Source of the DNA: an uncultured Clostridia bacterium
GTDB lineage: Bacteria; Bacillota; Clostridia; TANB77; CAG-508
NCBI GenBank assembly: GCA_947631185.1
Contig: CANRKJ010000003.1
Location: 20,839 to 84,838, forward strand
Length of the DNA stretch: 64,000 nucleotides
Direction: 5' to 3'
The translations under genes and the position numbers were made by a program. This document shows, piece by piece, positions 9,538 to 21,513 of the stretch; the stretch's first letter is position 1, and every line of letters starts with the position of its first letter. The notes beneath the pieces were generated by a model. That model searched no databases and had not been told where the DNA came from. It saw only the letters and a program-made list of their open reading frames with translations.

Positions 9538-11133
9538 TTATATGTTTTTTGCTGCTAATACTAAATATTTAAATAAAGGAGCTGGTTTATCTGGTCTTGA
9601 TTTAAACTCTGGATGGAATTGACCCGCTATAAAAAATGGGTGATTTTTTATTTCAACTATTTCAACTAATGATCCGTCTGGAGAAGTTCCAGATGCTACT
9701 AATCCTTTTTCCTGTAAAATTTCCTTATATTTATTATTAAATTCAAATCTATGTCTATGTCTTTCATCAATAAATTCTTGACCATAAATTTCTCTTGCTA
9801 ATGTACCTTCTTTTATTTTACATGGATAACTACCTAATCTCATAGTTCCACCTTTTGACACTACTTCTTTTTGGTCTTCCATAATATGTATTACAGGATT
9901 TTTACAATCTGGATCAAATTCTGCTGAATTGGCATCTTCAAGATTTAATACATTCCTTGCAAATTCTACAACAGCCATTTGCATTCCAAGACATATTCCT
10001 AAAAATGGTATATTATTTTCTCTAGCATATTTTATTGTAGCAATCTTTCCATCAATTCCTCTATTTCCAAATCCTCCAGGTACTATTATCCCTTTATATT
10101 TTCCAAGAATTTCTTTCACATTATTATCATTTATTTCTTCTGAATCCACAAAACCAACATTTACTTTTACATTATTTGCAAATCCACCATGTCTAAGACT
10201 TTCTGCAACAGATAAATAAGAATCTTGAAGTTGCATGTATTTTCCAACAATTGCTATATCTATTTCTTCATTTATTTTTTTAATATTATCAATCATAGCT
10301 TTCCATTCTTCATTTTGTGGTTCTTTCTTTTCTAGATGTAGATGATTACATACTGCTTTAGCTAACCCTTGTTCTTCAAGCATAAGAGGAACCGCATAAA
10401 GATTTTCAGCTGTTAAATTTGGTACCACATTTTCTGGCCTAACATTACAAAATAAAGCAATTTTTCTCCTTATCTCATCTGGAATTTGACTTTCACATCT
10501 ACAAACCAAAATGTCAGGTTTTATACCATATGATTGTAGTTCTTTTACAGAATGTTGAGTGGGTTTTGATTTTAGTTCATTAGAGCCTGTTATATAAGGA
10601 AGCAATGTAACATGAATATAAGCTACATCTTCTGGATATTTTTCAAGTCCCACTTGCCTTATAGCTTCAACAAAAGCTAGTCCTTCAATATCTCCAATAG
10701 TTCCTCCTAGCTCTGTTATAACTATATCTACATTTTTATCTTCAAAACTATATATTTTATCTTTTATTTCATTTGTTATATGAGGAATAACTTGTACAGT
10801 TTTTCCTAAATAATCTCCACGTCTCTCTTTTTCTATTACATTTTGATATATTTTTCCTGAACTTTGACTACAGTTTTGATTTAAATTTACATCTGTAAAT
10901 CTTTCATAATGTCCTAAATCCAAATCTGTTTCTGCACCATCATCTGTAACAAAAACTTCGCCATGTTCATAAGGACTCATTGTACCAGGATCTACATTTA
11001 TATATGGATCAAATTTTTGATTAACAACATTATATCCTCTGTTTTTCAATAATCTTCCAAGAGAAGCTGCTGTAATACCTTTTCCTAATCCTGAAACAAC
11101 ACCACCAGTTACAAATATATATTTTGTACCCAT
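9538..11133 (-). CDS. pyrG: CTP synthase
   Basis: [20 protein letters not shown]-terminus and GATase motif GICLGMQ. Confidence 0.96.
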   Translation of the reverse strand: MGTKYIFVTGGVVSGLGKGITAASLGRLLKNRGYNVVNQKFDPYINVDPGTMSPYEHGEVFVTDDGAETDLDLGHYERFTDVNLNQNCSQSSGKIYQNVIEKERRGDYLGKTVQVIPHITNEIKDKIYSFEDKNVDIVITELGGTIGDIEGLAFVEAIRQVGLEKYPEDVAYIHVTLLPYITGSNELKSKPTQHSVKELQSYGIKPDILVCRCESQIPDEIRRKIALFCNVRPENVVPNLTAENLYAVPLMLEEQGLAKAVCNHLHLEKKEPQNEEWKAMIDNIKKINEEIDIAIVGKYMQLQDSYLSVAESLRHGGFANNVKVNVGFVDSEEINDNNVKEILGKYKGIIVPGGFGNRGIDGKIATIKYARENNIPFLGICLGMQMAVVEFARNVLNLEDANSAEFDPDCKNPVIHIMEDQKEVVSKGGTMRLGSYPCKIKEGTLAREIYGQEFIDERHRHRFEFNNKYKEILQEKGLVASGTSPDGSLVEIVEIKNHPFFIAGQFHPEFKSRPDKPAPLFKYLVLAAKNI

Positions 11134-11206
11134 TTTAAACTCCCTTCAAAACCCCTCAAATTATCTTTTGCAAATGTTAGCAAATTCTTTATATACTTTA
11201 ATATAT

Positions 11207-11250
11207 AAAAAACAAAAAACAGATAAAAAAGGGTTTTTTTTTTATCTGCT
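11207..11250 (-). terminator. Terminator downstream of rlmB and the small ORF
   Basis: CAGATAAAAAA ggg TTTTTTATCTG hairpin (11220..11248) followed on the minus strand by TTTTTGTTTTTT. Confidence 0.55.
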
Positions 11251-11330
11251 TATATTCCTCTCAAAACATAATAATATAATAACAGAAATTCTCTTATTTT
11301 GCAAGAGTTTTCTATAATTTATATTTTTCT

Positions 11331-11462
11331 TTAGTGAATTATAAAATAAAGAACTGCTAAAGAAATTGATAATACAGCCATAAAAATAAGTAATAAATCA
11401 ACTAATCCTATTTTTATAGTTATAGGTTTACTATTTTCATTAACATTATTATTTTCTTCCAT
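11331..11462 (-). CDS. Small (43 aa) single-TM membrane peptide, hypothetical
   Basis: My own translation is MEENNNVNENSKPITIKIGLVDLLLIFMAVLSISLAVLYFIIH. AAGGAG lies 7 nt upstream of ATG 11462. The ORF is too short for the ORF track. Confidence 0.4.
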   Translation of the reverse strand: MEENNNVNENSKPITIKIGLVDLLLIFMAVLSISLAVLYFIIH

Positions 11463-11568
11463 TTCAATCTCCTTTTATTAATAATTCTTATTTTAATATA
11501 ATTATAATTATATTAAAATAAATTTGCAATATCTTAAATTATTTTTTTAATTTTTTCTATTATCATTC

Positions 11569-12444
11569 TTAATTCAATCTTTGTTTAACAGCTTCGTAAA
11601 CTATAATTCCTGCTGAGACAGATGCATTTAAAGATGTTATCTGACCTTTCATAGGAATTTTAATTAATATATCAGCATTATCTTTAACCAGCTTACTCAT
11701 CCCATATCCTTCGCTTCCAATAATAATAGCTAATGGTCCTTTTAAATCTTGATTATAATACATAGTATTTGCTGATCCATCAGTACCAATTACCCATAAA
11801 CCTGCTTCTTTCAATTTTTTAATAGTATCATTTAAATTATTAACTCTTGCTACTTTTACATAAGCTGTAGCACCTGCAGATACTTTACTTACAGTACTAT
11901 TTACCTGTGCTGTTCTTCTTTTTGGAATTATTACGCCATGACAACCAGCCGTTTCAGCAGTTCTTAAAATAGAACCTAAATTATGTGGATCTTCTATACC
12001 ATCTAAAATAAGTATAAATGGATCTTCTCCTCTTTCTTTAGCTAATTTTAATATATCTTCAACTTCACAATAGTCAAATGGTGGAACTATAGCAATCACT
12101 CCTTGATGATTTTCTGCCATAAAATCTAATTTAGTTTTATCACTTTCAACTAGCACTATTCTTGCATCTTTTGCTTTAGCTATAATTTCATTTATAGAAC
12201 CATGTTTTTCACCACGTTGTACAAAAATCTTGTTTATATCTTTTCCAGATTTTAAAAGTTCCAAAACAGCATTTCTTCCTGCCACAACATCTTCATAATC
12301 TTTTTCAGGTTTCAAATTCTCAACTTTTTTTAAATTATCTTTAGAATTATTTCTATTGTTATTTTTTTTATCAAATTTTCTATTTTCTTTTTCTCTATTT
12401 ATTCTAGCTTTTCTAGATTGCTTATCTCTATACGATTCTCTCAT
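11569..12444 (-). CDS. rlmB: 23S rRNA (guanosine-2'-O)-methyltransferase RlmB (SpoU/TrmH family) with K/R/N-rich N-terminal tail
   Basis: SpoU substrate-binding and methylase motifs (ILDGIEDPHNLGSILRTAE, IIGSEGYGMS, SLNASVSAGIIVYE). Confidence 0.88.
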   Translation of the reverse strand: MRESYRDKQSRKARINREKENRKFDKKNNNRNNSKDNLKKVENLKPEKDYEDVVAGRNAVLELLKSGKDINKIFVQRGEKHGSINEIIAKAKDARIVLVESDKTKLDFMAENHQGVIAIVPPFDYCEVEDILKLAKERGEDPFILILDGIEDPHNLGSILRTAETAGCHGVIIPKRRTAQVNSTVSKVSAGATAYVKVARVNNLNDTIKKLKEAGLWVIGTDGSANTMYYNQDLKGPLAIIIGSEGYGMSKLVKDNADILIKIPMKGQITSLNASVSAGIIVYEAVKQRLN

Positions 12445-12490
12445 AATAACTCCTCTTCTTAAACATTTTTTATTTCAATACAATTATTTT

Positions 12491-14308
12491 TTATTTATCA
12501 TCATCATTAAGCTTAAGTACAGATAAAAATGCTTCTTGAGGTACTTCAACATTTCCAATCTGTCTCATCTTCTTTTTACCACGTTTTTGCTTTTCTAATA
12601 ATTTTTTCTTTCTTGTAATATCTCCACCATAACATTTTGCTAAAACATCTTTTCTCATAGCAGAAATTGTTTCTCTTGCAATTATTTTTCCAGAAACAAC
12701 AGCTTGTATTGGTATTTCAAATAAGTGTCTTGGAATAACTGTTTTTAATTTTTCTGCCATTTTTCTTCCTCTTGAATATGCTGAATCTTTATGAACTATA
12801 AAAGAAAGAGCATCAACAGGTTCATTATGAATATAAATATCAAGTTTAACCAAATCAGATTTTCTATATTCTTTAAATTCGTAATCTAATGAAGCATATC
12901 CCTTTGTTTTAGATTTTAATGAATCAAAAAAATCATAAATAATTTCATTAAGTGGCATTTCATATTCCAGTGTTACTCTTGATTCATCTAAATATCTCAT
13001 ATCTATATATGTTCCTCTTCTATTTTGACATATCTCCATTACATTTCCAACAAAATCTTTTGGTATCATAATTTCAACTTTCATAATAGGCTCTTCCATA
13101 AACTTTATCTCTGTTGATGGAGGCAAATCCACAGGATTATATAAATCTATTATTTCTCCACTATTTTTATGCACCTTGTAGATAACTGAAGGTGATGTTG
13201 TAATTAAACCTAAATCAAATTCTCTTTCTAACCTTTCCATTACTATTTCCATATGAAGCAATCCTAAAAATCCACATCTAAATCCAAAGCCTAAAGCTCC
13301 AGATACTTCTGGTTCATAATTTAATGCAGCATCATTTAATTTAAGTTTTTCTAAAGCATCTTTTAAAGGTTCATATTCACTACCATCAACAGGATACATT
13401 CCACAATATACCATTGATACTGCTTTTTTATATCCAGGTAGAGGTTCTTTGGCTGGATTATTTTTATGAGTTATTGTATCTCCAACATGTAAATCAGATA
13501 CTGTCTTAATACTTGCTGCAACATATCCAACTTCACCAGCAGATAATTCATTACAAGGTATATATTCACCTGCACCAAAATATCCAACTTCTGTAACAGT
13601 AAATATTTTCCCTGTTGCCATAAATAAAATTTCATCTTTTGCTTTTATGGTACCATTTTTTACTCTAATATAACTTAATGCACCTTTATAATCATCATAA
13701 ACAGAATCAAAAATCAAACATTGAAGTTCTGAATCAGGATTTCCTTTTGGGCAAGGAATTTCTGTAACAATTCTTTCTAAAACCTCATCAACATTTAAAC
13801 CAGTTTTTGCAGAAATACATGGAGCATCCATAGCTGGAATTCCAATTAAATCTTCTATTTCTTTTTTTACCTCTTCTGGCCTTGCATTAGGCAAATCAAC
13901 TTTATTTATAACAGGTAATATTTCTAAATTATCTTCAATAGCTAAATAAACATTTGCTAAAGTTTGAGCTTCTACTCCCTGAGTACTATCAACAACCAAA
14001 ATCGCACCTTCACATGCAGCTAAGCTTCTTGATACTTCATAGTTAAAATCAACATGGCCAGGTGTATCAATAAGATTAAATTCATATTGTTCACCATTTT
14101 TTGCAGTATAGTTCATTTTAACTGCTTGCGATTTTATTGTAATTCCTCTTTCTTTTTCAATATCCATATTATCTAATACTTGAGATTCCATTTCTCGAGA
14201 TGATAATACTCCTGTCATTTCTATTAATCTATCTGCTAAAGTTGATTTTCCATGATCTATATGAGCAATTATACTAAAATTTCTAATTTTTTTCTGTTTG
14301 TCTTCCAT
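12491..14308 (-). CDS. lepA: Elongation factor 4 (LepA)
   Basis: [33 protein letters not shown], and the LepA C-terminal domain. Confidence 0.97.
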   Translation of the reverse strand: MEDKQKKIRNFSIIAHIDHGKSTLADRLIEMTGVLSSREMESQVLDNMDIEKERGITIKSQAVKMNYTAKNGEQYEFNLIDTPGHVDFNYEVSRSLAACEGAILVVDSTQGVEAQTLANVYLAIEDNLEILPVINKVDLPNARPEEVKKEIEDLIGIPAMDAPCISAKTGLNVDEVLERIVTEIPCPKGNPDSELQCLIFDSVYDDYKGALSYIRVKNGTIKAKDEILFMATGKIFTVTEVGYFGAGEYIPCNELSAGEVGYVAASIKTVSDLHVGDTITHKNNPAKEPLPGYKKAVSMVYCGMYPVDGSEYEPLKDALEKLKLNDAALNYEPEVSGALGFGFRCGFLGLLHMEIVMERLEREFDLGLITTSPSVIYKVHKNSGEIIDLYNPVDLPPSTEIKFMEEPIMKVEIMIPKDFVGNVMEICQNRRGTYIDMRYLDESRVTLEYEMPLNEIIYDFFDSLKSKTKGYASLDYEFKEYRKSDLVKLDIYIHNEPVDALSFIVHKDSAYSRGRKMAEKLKTVIPRHLFEIPIQAVVSGKIIARETISAMRKDVLAKCYGGDITRKKKLLEKQKRGKKKMRQIGNVEVPQEAFLSVLKLNDDDK

Positions 14309-14318
14309 ATATCCTCCG

Positions 14319-15029
14319 TTAATTTATTTTTAATAAATCAAATTTCAAATAATCTGAACTTACTAATTTATAATCTATTCCATCAATCATTCCCTCTACA
14401 GCTTCACTATGTGATGGGCCATGAAGATGTGCATAATAACATCTTTTTATATTTTCATAATTTTTCATTGTCTTAATAAAACTTATTTCTTCTGAAACTG
14501 GCTCTTTATAAAAAGGTGGATAATGAATAAATACTATTATTTCTTTATCTTTTCCAAATTCTTTAATTCCGTATTCTATTGAAAGTTTTAATCTTGCATT
14601 TTCTCTCTTAAGCATTTTTAAATTTTCTTCTTGATTAAAATCCATAGTTGTCCATCCTCTTGTTCCAACTAAAATTTTATTCTCAACTAAAATTGCATTA
14701 TTATATATAAACTCTATATTATTAAAATTTTTTTCTTTTAAAAATTTTTTCATCTTAGATATAGTTTCCCACCAATAATCATGATTCCCTTTTAAAATAA
14801 TTTTCTTTCCAGGAAGAGAACATAAAAAAGAAAAATCTTTGTATGTTTCATCTAAATATGTAGCCCAAGAAAAGTCTCCTGGAAGTATAACTGTATCTTC
14901 ATTATTTACTTTAGAAAGCCAATTCTCTTTAATTTTTTCTGCATGATTTTCCCAATTATTTCCAAAAATATCCATTGGCTTATCTACACCAAAAGATAAA
15001 TGTAAATCACCAATCACATATATACTCAT
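14319..15029 (-). CDS. Metallophosphoesterase family protein
   Basis: Calcineurin-like motifs GDLH, PGDF, GNHDYWW, HYPP. Confidence 0.8.
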   Translation of the reverse strand: MSIYVIGDLHLSFGVDKPMDIFGNNWENHAEKIKENWLSKVNNEDTVILPGDFSWATYLDETYKDFSFLCSLPGKKIILKGNHDYWWETISKMKKFLKEKNFNNIEFIYNNAILVENKILVGTRGWTTMDFNQEENLKMLKRENARLKLSIEYGIKEFGKDKEIIVFIHYPPFYKEPVSEEISFIKTMKNYENIKRCYYAHLHGPSHSEAVEGMIDGIDYKLVSSDYLKFDLLKIN

Positions 15030-15056
15030 ATAATTAAAAGTTCTCCTCCTTTCAAC

Positions 15057-15557
15057 TTATTCCTTATTATAAAATCTAAAAACTGCTATTATAGATATAA
15101 TAAATGATATTATATCAAAAACAAATGTTGAAAATGCTTTTATTATGAAATCATAAATCATCCAAGATAATCTTAAAAAAACAGTTAGTTTTCTTAAGAT
15201 TTTCATATCATTTAATACTAAAATTGCTAAATAAATAAATGAAGCTAATGCTGGCAATAAACTATAAATATTTACAAAACAAAAAATATTTCCAATAAGA
15301 ATTACTATTCCGAAAATAATTATCACATAAACTGGAAATTTTTTATTTTCAAATTTAATTGAAATTATTGTTAGTATCATTACTATAAAATTATTTAATG
15401 CCCCAGAATATGCCTTTAATAAAATCATGTTTGAAATAAAAAAAATGTATGCAAATATATATGAAATTAAATATTTGCTTTTTGTTTTCATAATAGATGC
15501 AAACATTACAAATATTGAACCACATATTCCAAATATTTGCGCAATAAAAAAATTCAT
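15057..15557 (-). CDS. YgjV-like small inner-membrane protein
   Basis: 166 aa with about five TM helices. The N-terminus MNFFIAQIFGICGSIFVMFASIMKTK is typical of the YgjV family. Confidence 0.5.
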   Translation of the reverse strand: MNFFIAQIFGICGSIFVMFASIMKTKSKYLISYIFAYIFFISNMILLKAYSGALNNFIVMILTIISIKFENKKFPVYVIIIFGIVILIGNIFCFVNIYSLLPALASFIYLAILVLNDMKILRKLTVFLRLSWMIYDFIIKAFSTFVFDIISFIISIIAVFRFYNKE

Positions 15558-15622
15558 CTATAGTTCCCTTCTATATAATTTTAATTTTTCTTTTGTTATA
15601 TTATAATTAAAATTTTATACTA

Positions 15623-16615
15623 TTAATTTAATTTCAAATTAGGAATTGCATTAAGATTAAGGTCTCCTCTTATTCCTTCAATAAAATTATAATAACCTTG
15701 TGCTGCTATCATAGCAGCATTATCTGTGCACAACTTTAATTCTGGATATAAAATTTTTATGTTTCTTTCTTTTCCAAATTTATCAAATTCTGCTCTAATA
15801 TATGAATTGCTAGAAACTCCACCAGCTAATGAAATTTTATCAACTTTATATGTATCTATAGATTTTATAACATTTCTTAATAACATTTCAGTTACAGCTT
15901 TTTGAAAGCTTGCACATAAATCTGCTTTATTCATATTTGGATTTTTATGATTTAAATTTATAACTGCTGTTTTTATTCCACTAAAACTAAAATCTAAATT
16001 ATCAATTTTTGCTAGTGGAAGTTCTATATTAGGTTTTCCCTCTTTAGCAAGCTTATCTACTTTAGGACCTCCTGGATATCCTAGTCCAACTACACGAGCG
16101 ACTTTGTCAAAAGCTTCACCTATTGCATCATCACGAGTTTTTCCTAATATTTCAAATTTAGTGTATGATTTAACATTAACCAAATGTGTATGACCACCAG
16201 AAACTATTAAACATAAAAATGGTGGCTCTAAATCTTTATGTGTTATATAATTTGCTGAAATATGACCAGCAATATGGTTTGTTGGAATTAATGGAATTCC
16301 AGTTGCAAAGCTTAATGCTTTAGCATAAGAAACACCTACTAATAAAGCTCCTACTAAACCTGGTCCATATGTTACGGCAATACCATCTATTTGATTGACT
16401 TCTAAATTAGCTTCTTTCAAAGCTTCTTTCATTATTCCATTTATTACTTCAACATGACATCTAGATGCAATCTCAGGAACTACACCTCCAAATTTTTCAT
16501 GTATATTAATTTGAGAATTTATAATATTAGATAAAACATCTCTACCATTTTTTACAATAGCTACAGATGTTTCATCACAACTAGATTCAATTCCCATTAT
16601 ATAAACATCTTTCAT
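15623..16615 (-). CDS. tsaD: tRNA N6-adenosine threonylcarbamoyltransferase TsaD
   Basis: [19 protein letters not shown] and SGGHT motifs. Confidence 0.96.
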   Translation of the reverse strand: MKDVYIMGIESSCDETSVAIVKNGRDVLSNIINSQINIHEKFGGVVPEIASRCHVEVINGIMKEALKEANLEVNQIDGIAVTYGPGLVGALLVGVSYAKALSFATGIPLIPTNHIAGHISANYITHKDLEPPFLCLIVSGGHTHLVNVKSYTKFEILGKTRDDAIGEAFDKVARVVGLGYPGGPKVDKLAKEGKPNIELPLAKIDNLDFSFSGIKTAVINLNHKNPNMNKADLCASFQKAVTEMLLRNVIKSIDTYKVDKISLAGGVSSNSYIRAEFDKFGKERNIKILYPELKLCTDNAAMIAAQGYYNFIEGIRGDLNLNAIPNLKLN

Positions 16616-16628
16616 AACTAATACCCTT

Positions 16629-17357
16629 TTATATAAATATTGAAAATCCTAACCCTACAACATTAAAAATAGTTTTAAATACAACTGTAATTACAGGAGA
16701 TACTACTTTTGAAAGTAATCCTGTAATCCATAACAATAGAAATATCATGTGTAGCATTGCTTCATTTGTATCTAGCCATTCTATAGCTCTATATGGTAAA
16801 AATCTTCTAAAAATTTTTTCTCCATCTAATGGTGGAATTGGAATCAAATTAAATACTCCTAACCCTATATTAACTGAAATCGCATAAAAAACTACTGTAT
16901 CTATTATTTGGATTATATTATTTGGATTCGGAATAAATATACTTAAAGCATAATAAATAATTGTTAAAATAATTGCTAAAATAAAATTAGTTAACGGACC
17001 AGCTAAAGCTACTAGCATCTCACAGGTTTGTCTAGATTTATTACTTGTAAAATTATTTGGATTTATTTCAACTGGTCTACCCCAACCAATATTTGCAAAA
17101 ATTAAAAGGAAAAAACCTATAGGATCTAAATGTTTTGCAGGATCTATAGTAAGTCTACCTTGACTTCTCGGAGTAGTATCTCCTAATTTATCTGCCATAT
17201 ATGCATGTGCAAATTCATGAAAGCAAATTGCTATTATTACTCCTGGAAGTGTCAATAATGTAGCCATTATTCCACCCATTCCCATAGACATCAAGGAAAT
17301 TAAAGCAAAAATTCCTAAAATTATATATAATGTCCTTTTATCAATATTATAAAACAT
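16629..17357 (-). CDS. Site-2 protease family (peptidase M50) membrane metalloprotease
   Basis: HEFAHAYMA (HExxH) and [10 protein letters not shown] motifs in a polytopic protein. Confidence 0.85.
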   Translation of the reverse strand: MFYNIDKRTLYIILGIFALISLMSMGMGGIMATLLTLPGVIIAICFHEFAHAYMADKLGDTTPRSQGRLTIDPAKHLDPIGFFLLIFANIGWGRPVEINPNNFTSNKSRQTCEMLVALAGPLTNFILAIILTIIYYALSIFIPNPNNIIQIIDTVVFYAISVNIGLGVFNLIPIPPLDGEKIFRRFLPYRAIEWLDTNEAMLHMIFLLLWITGLLSKVVSPVITVVFKTIFNVVGLGFSIFI

Positions 17358-17439
17358 AATACTCTCCTTCTTTTTATTTTATTAAATTGATTATATATTA
17401 AATAAAATAAATTTTTTAATCAATAATATTTTATTATCT

Positions 17440-20076
17440 TTAATCGTTTTTTTCAATTTTATCTTTTATAGATTTAATTACAGAACTTAATTTTATTTTA
17501 TTATCTTTTTCTCTTGCTTCATTTATAATAGCAAATCCTATCAAAACAAATCCTACCACCAATAAATATATCCACCATGGAATTGATAGCCAAAACTCTC
17601 TAGTAAGTCCAAATGAATTTATAATTATTGCAACAAGATTTATTAAAACAATCGAACTATCTTTACCTAAATATGAAATAATTACTATAGCAATCATTAT
17701 TGCAACAGAAATCATTCCATCTATAATATTATAATACGAAACAATTGCCCAAATATAAACTAATCCATAAGATATATATTTTATCAAATTTAAATTTTCA
17801 TCATCTTTTTTAAAACATGTATTAAATAATAAATATCCAAAAATTTCAATTCCTAGTAATTTAGAAAATACATATATATCTAAATCTAAAAAGTTTAATA
17901 TTTCTACATAAGTTAAATATCCTGAAATATATGTTATAATTTTGAAAATATTTTTATTATCTTTTTTTATAATCATATGTAAAACAGACCATAAAAATAA
18001 AATAGAATATGCAATTAATCGGTTATCAAAATCTATTCCAAAATCTAATAAAAATAATAAAGAACCTACGGTAAATTCGTATTTCTTACTTATATTCAAT
18101 ATAGACAATATTGATAAAATTATACCCACCATTAAACTAATATAACTATTATCAAACAATACAATTACTAAAAAAAGCCCTATTAAACCTATAATATTAT
18201 AACTTGAATTTTTATTCTCAAAATAATCTGCACAAAATAAAATTATTGAAAGAATAATTGCTAATATAACATTATATATCTGAATATCTAAAATTAAACT
18301 AAAATAAGATAATGAAAAAATAAACATCATAAAGTATTCTAAATATTTGTCATTCACATTATCTGAATGTACATGTTCTAAAGCAAAAATAATTATACTT
18401 GAAATTGGTAATATATAATAATCTAATTCTAATACAAAATGTAAATTAATCATTCGTAATATTAAAATTAAAGTTATATATCCACAATACTTATATATAT
18501 ACATTTTATTTCTTTTATAATAACTTACTATATATATTACTTCAACAAGAACCAATAATAAAATCCCTAATAATTCACTATCATAATTAAAAATCATATT
18601 AAGTACAGAACATATTATTCCTATATGAGACACTAAAAAAACATTATACTGAAATTTATTATCTTTTATTAAAAATGAAATTACACATGATATAATTGTT
18701 AAAATAACTAGTGCATAATCTCCTAAATTATATTCTACTATAAAAATAGTAGCTGTTATTAAATATGCAATTGGCAATAATATTTGCATATTCTCTTTAT
18801 TAAAAATATTTCTACAATAAGTAATAGTTAAAATTATAGATTCTATTATTGCATAAATATATATTTTAAAAAATGCTTTTTCTGAATAATTTCCGCATAC
18901 TAATATAGCAAACATAGAAATAATAGTATTGATACCAAGTTTATTTTTATCTTCTGTTAATACATTTACAAAGAAATATGTTGTTAAAATCCATAGTAAT
19001 TTTAGAAAATCTTTAAACTCTGTTGTTATTTCAAACGCTTTATATGATATAAAAAGATTACCTAAAAAAATAGTAAATATATTAAATAAAATAAAGTCAA
19101 GTCTCAATTTATATTTTCTATAAATAGCAAAATAATCAAAAACTAATAACAATACTACTAATATATCTAATATATCATATGAATAAAAAATATTTAAAAA
19201 ACAAATATAAATAACAAAAATACCAGATATTGTATAAAGTATAAGTTTTGATACAAATTTAAATAAATTGTCTTTCGTTAATAAAATTATAACAATATTA
19301 TATAATAAAAAGATTGCACATATTAAGTTAAATCTAGTTTCTATTATACTTGTAAATGCTACAATTGCTGAACATTGAGCTATAACAGAACTGATAAGTA
19401 AACCTTTACTATATTTACTTTTTGATAATAAGTAATATAATATAGCTAAAAATGTTGAAACTAGTGCTAAATATATTCCTCTTCCTTCACCTCTTATAGA
19501 AAAAAATTCACCTATTAAACCAAAATAAGATATACCAATTAAACATATTGGAATATAAGCCATCGCAATATAGAAAAATGTTTTACTTGTTTTTTCTAAT
19601 TTAAATTTATCTTTTGCAATTTTACTAGCTCCTAAAAATATTATAATAAAAATAATCAATCCTAAAGTTTTTACAATATTAGGAATAGTATGCCAAGTTG
19701 ATGTTAAAAATACTATTGCAGATAATACAATTAAAATAGATCCTGTTAAAAGAATATTATTATTCTTTTTATCAATGCTATTTAATGCTTCATTTTTTAA
19801 ATCATCTTCTTTTATATTGACTTTAACATTCTGTATATCTTGTTTTTCCTTTTGTACAAACTCTGAATTTTTTAATACTTCTTTATTTAAATTATCAGAA
19901 ATACTAATATTATCTTTTGGCTCTTTTTCATTTTCAATTTTGTTTATCTGATTCTTTAATACTTCTATTTGAGATTCTAAATCATGAATCTTTTTATTTT
20001 GAAAATCATTTTTTTCATTACTTTTTTGCAGTAAAACCACTAAAACTACTATTACAATTACAAATATAGTAAACAT
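17440..20076 (-). CDS. Very large polytopic membrane protein (878 aa, more than 20 predicted TM helices), unknown function
   Basis: N-terminal TM plus coiled coil (DLESQIEVLKNQINKIENEK), then an uninterrupted hydrophobic repeat architecture. I recognise no enzymatic motif. Confidence 0.6.
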   Translation of the reverse strand: MFTIFVIVIVVLVVLLQKSNEKNDFQNKKIHDLESQIEVLKNQINKIENEKEPKDNISISDNLNKEVLKNSEFVQKEKQDIQNVKVNIKEDDLKNEALNSIDKKNNNILLTGSILIVLSAIVFLTSTWHTIPNIVKTLGLIIFIIIFLGASKIAKDKFKLEKTSKTFFYIAMAYIPICLIGISYFGLIGEFFSIRGEGRGIYLALVSTFLAILYYLLSKSKYSKGLLISSVIAQCSAIVAFTSIIETRFNLICAIFLLYNIVIILLTKDNLFKFVSKLILYTISGIFVIYICFLNIFYSYDILDILVVLLLVFDYFAIYRKYKLRLDFILFNIFTIFLGNLFISYKAFEITTEFKDFLKLLWILTTYFFVNVLTEDKNKLGINTIISMFAILVCGNYSEKAFFKIYIYAIIESIILTITYCRNIFNKENMQILLPIAYLITATIFIVEYNLGDYALVILTIISCVISFLIKDNKFQYNVFLVSHIGIICSVLNMIFNYDSELLGILLLVLVEVIYIVSYYKRNKMYIYKYCGYITLILILRMINLHFVLELDYYILPISSIIIFALEHVHSDNVNDKYLEYFMMFIFSLSYFSLILDIQIYNVILAIILSIILFCADYFENKNSSYNIIGLIGLFLVIVLFDNSYISLMVGIILSILSILNISKKYEFTVGSLLFLLDFGIDFDNRLIAYSILFLWSVLHMIIKKDNKNIFKIITYISGYLTYVEILNFLDLDIYVFSKLLGIEIFGYLLFNTCFKKDDENLNLIKYISYGLVYIWAIVSYYNIIDGMISVAIMIAIVIISYLGKDSSIVLINLVAIIINSFGLTREFWLSIPWWIYLLVVGFVLIGFAIINEAREKDNKIKLSSVIKSIKDKIEKND

Positions 20077-20077
20077 T

Positions 20078-21328
20078 TTAATACCTCAACTTTTTTCTTC
20101 TCAAAATCCAATCGTTTTCAAATTTAGAAACTATATTTCTTGGAATATCAATTATAACCTTTTGTCTTGCTTTTCCAGGATTAACAGTCTCAATTTCTTC
20201 TAAAGTTTCATCGTTCCATAATTTATCAATTTTAAATTCTATTGGTTCTAACTTATATGGTACTAGTAGTTCTAAAGTATCTCCAACTGATAACTTATTT
20301 CTAATTTCTATTAAAACTTTATTTCCTAAATCTTCAATAATTATTCCACCAAACTCGTATTGCATATTATATTGATGTCCACCATAATCTTGTATATCTT
20401 GATTTTCTCTATCATTAAAATAAAAAGTAGTAAGCCCTCTAGTCTTTACTTTTTCAAGCTCTTTTATATATTTTTCTGAATTATAACTTCCTGGATTTTT
20501 CTGATAATCATCTATCGCGTTTCGATATACATTTACAACAGAGGCTAAATAATATTCTGTTTTTAATCTACCTTCTATTTTTAAACTATCAATCCCCATA
20601 TCAATTATTTCAGGAAGTTCATTTATTAAACATAAATCTTTTGATGAAAAAATATATGTACCTTTTTCGTCATATTCAACTGGCATTAAATTACCAGGGT
20701 TATTAGTTTCTTCAACATATAAGTTATATGCCCATCTACAACTTTGAGCACAATCACCTAGATTTCCGTTTCTTTTAGCTAAATACTCACTTAAGAAACA
20801 TCTACCAGAATAAGCAAAACAAATAGCACCATGAATAAACATTTCTATTTCTAAATCTTTAGGTTTATTATCCATAATATCTTTTATCTGTTTTTTATTT
20901 AACTCTCTACCTAAAATTACTCTAGATGCTCCATTTTTCTTCCAAAAATTACAAGTGTGATAAGAAACAGTATTTGCTTGTGTACTAATATGTATAGGTG
21001 TATTAGGAGCATACTCTCTAACACAATCAATCACACCACCATCTGATATTATAATACCATCAACTCTAAGTTCATCTAACATTTTAGCTTGTTTTTTTAT
21101 TTCTTCATAATTATCATCCCATGCATATATATTCATTGCAACATTAACTTTTTTTCCATGACTATGAGCATATTCTACGATTTTTACTAAATCATTATCA
21201 TTTACTTCTGATCTACTACGAAGTGATAAATTAGATGTACCTATATATACGCAATCAGCTCCATACATAAAAGCAATTTTAGCTTTTTCAAACGATCCAG
21301 CAGGAGCTAATAATTCAATTTTTTTCAT
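20078..21328 (-). CDS. Peptidase U32 family protein
   Basis: MKKIELLAPAGS start, with ATG 21328 preceded by AGGA (the ORF-track TTG at 21346 is less likely). U32 pattern ...E.FIHGA.C.AYSGRC..S. Confidence 0.88.
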   Translation of the reverse strand: MKKIELLAPAGSFEKAKIAFMYGADCVYIGTSNLSLRSRSEVNDNDLVKIVEYAHSHGKKVNVAMNIYAWDDNYEEIKKQAKMLDELRVDGIIISDGGVIDCVREYAPNTPIHISTQANTVSYHTCNFWKKNGASRVILGRELNKKQIKDIMDNKPKDLEIEMFIHGAICFAYSGRCFLSEYLAKRNGNLGDCAQSCRWAYNLYVEETNNPGNLMPVEYDEKGTYIFSSKDLCLINELPEIIDMGIDSLKIEGRLKTEYYLASVVNVYRNAIDDYQKNPGSYNSEKYIKELEKVKTRGLTTFYFNDRENQDIQDYGGHQYNMQYEFGGIIIEDLGNKVLIEIRNKLSVGDTLELLVPYKLEPIEFKIDKLWNDETLEEIETVNPGKARQKVIIDIPRNIVSKFENDWILRRKKLRY

Positions 21329-21416
21329 TAAATTAATTCCTTTCAAAATTTATGTAAATATTATATCATTATAATTATTAGTTTTCAACTAAAATTATTA
21401 TCTTTGCGCGTAGCGC

Positions 21417-21457
21417 TTTTATATAATAGGAAAGGATTACTTTCCTATTATATAAAA
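21417..21457. repeat. Palindromic intergenic repeat, copy B
   Basis: TTTTATATAATAGGAAAG gatta CTTTCCTATTATATAAAA, a perfect 18-bp stem. Confidence 0.9.
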
Positions 21458-21463
21458 AAACAA

Positions 21464-21491
21464 AAACATCCCCGCAATTGTAGGGATGTTT
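21464..21491 (-). terminator. Rho-independent terminator of the RSH-like gene
   Basis: AAACATCCC / GGGATGTTT stem. A T-run follows on the minus strand (plus-strand A-run 21454..21466). Confidence 0.75.
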
Positions 21492-21513
21492 TCGTTTTTA
21501 CAGGTAACACAGC

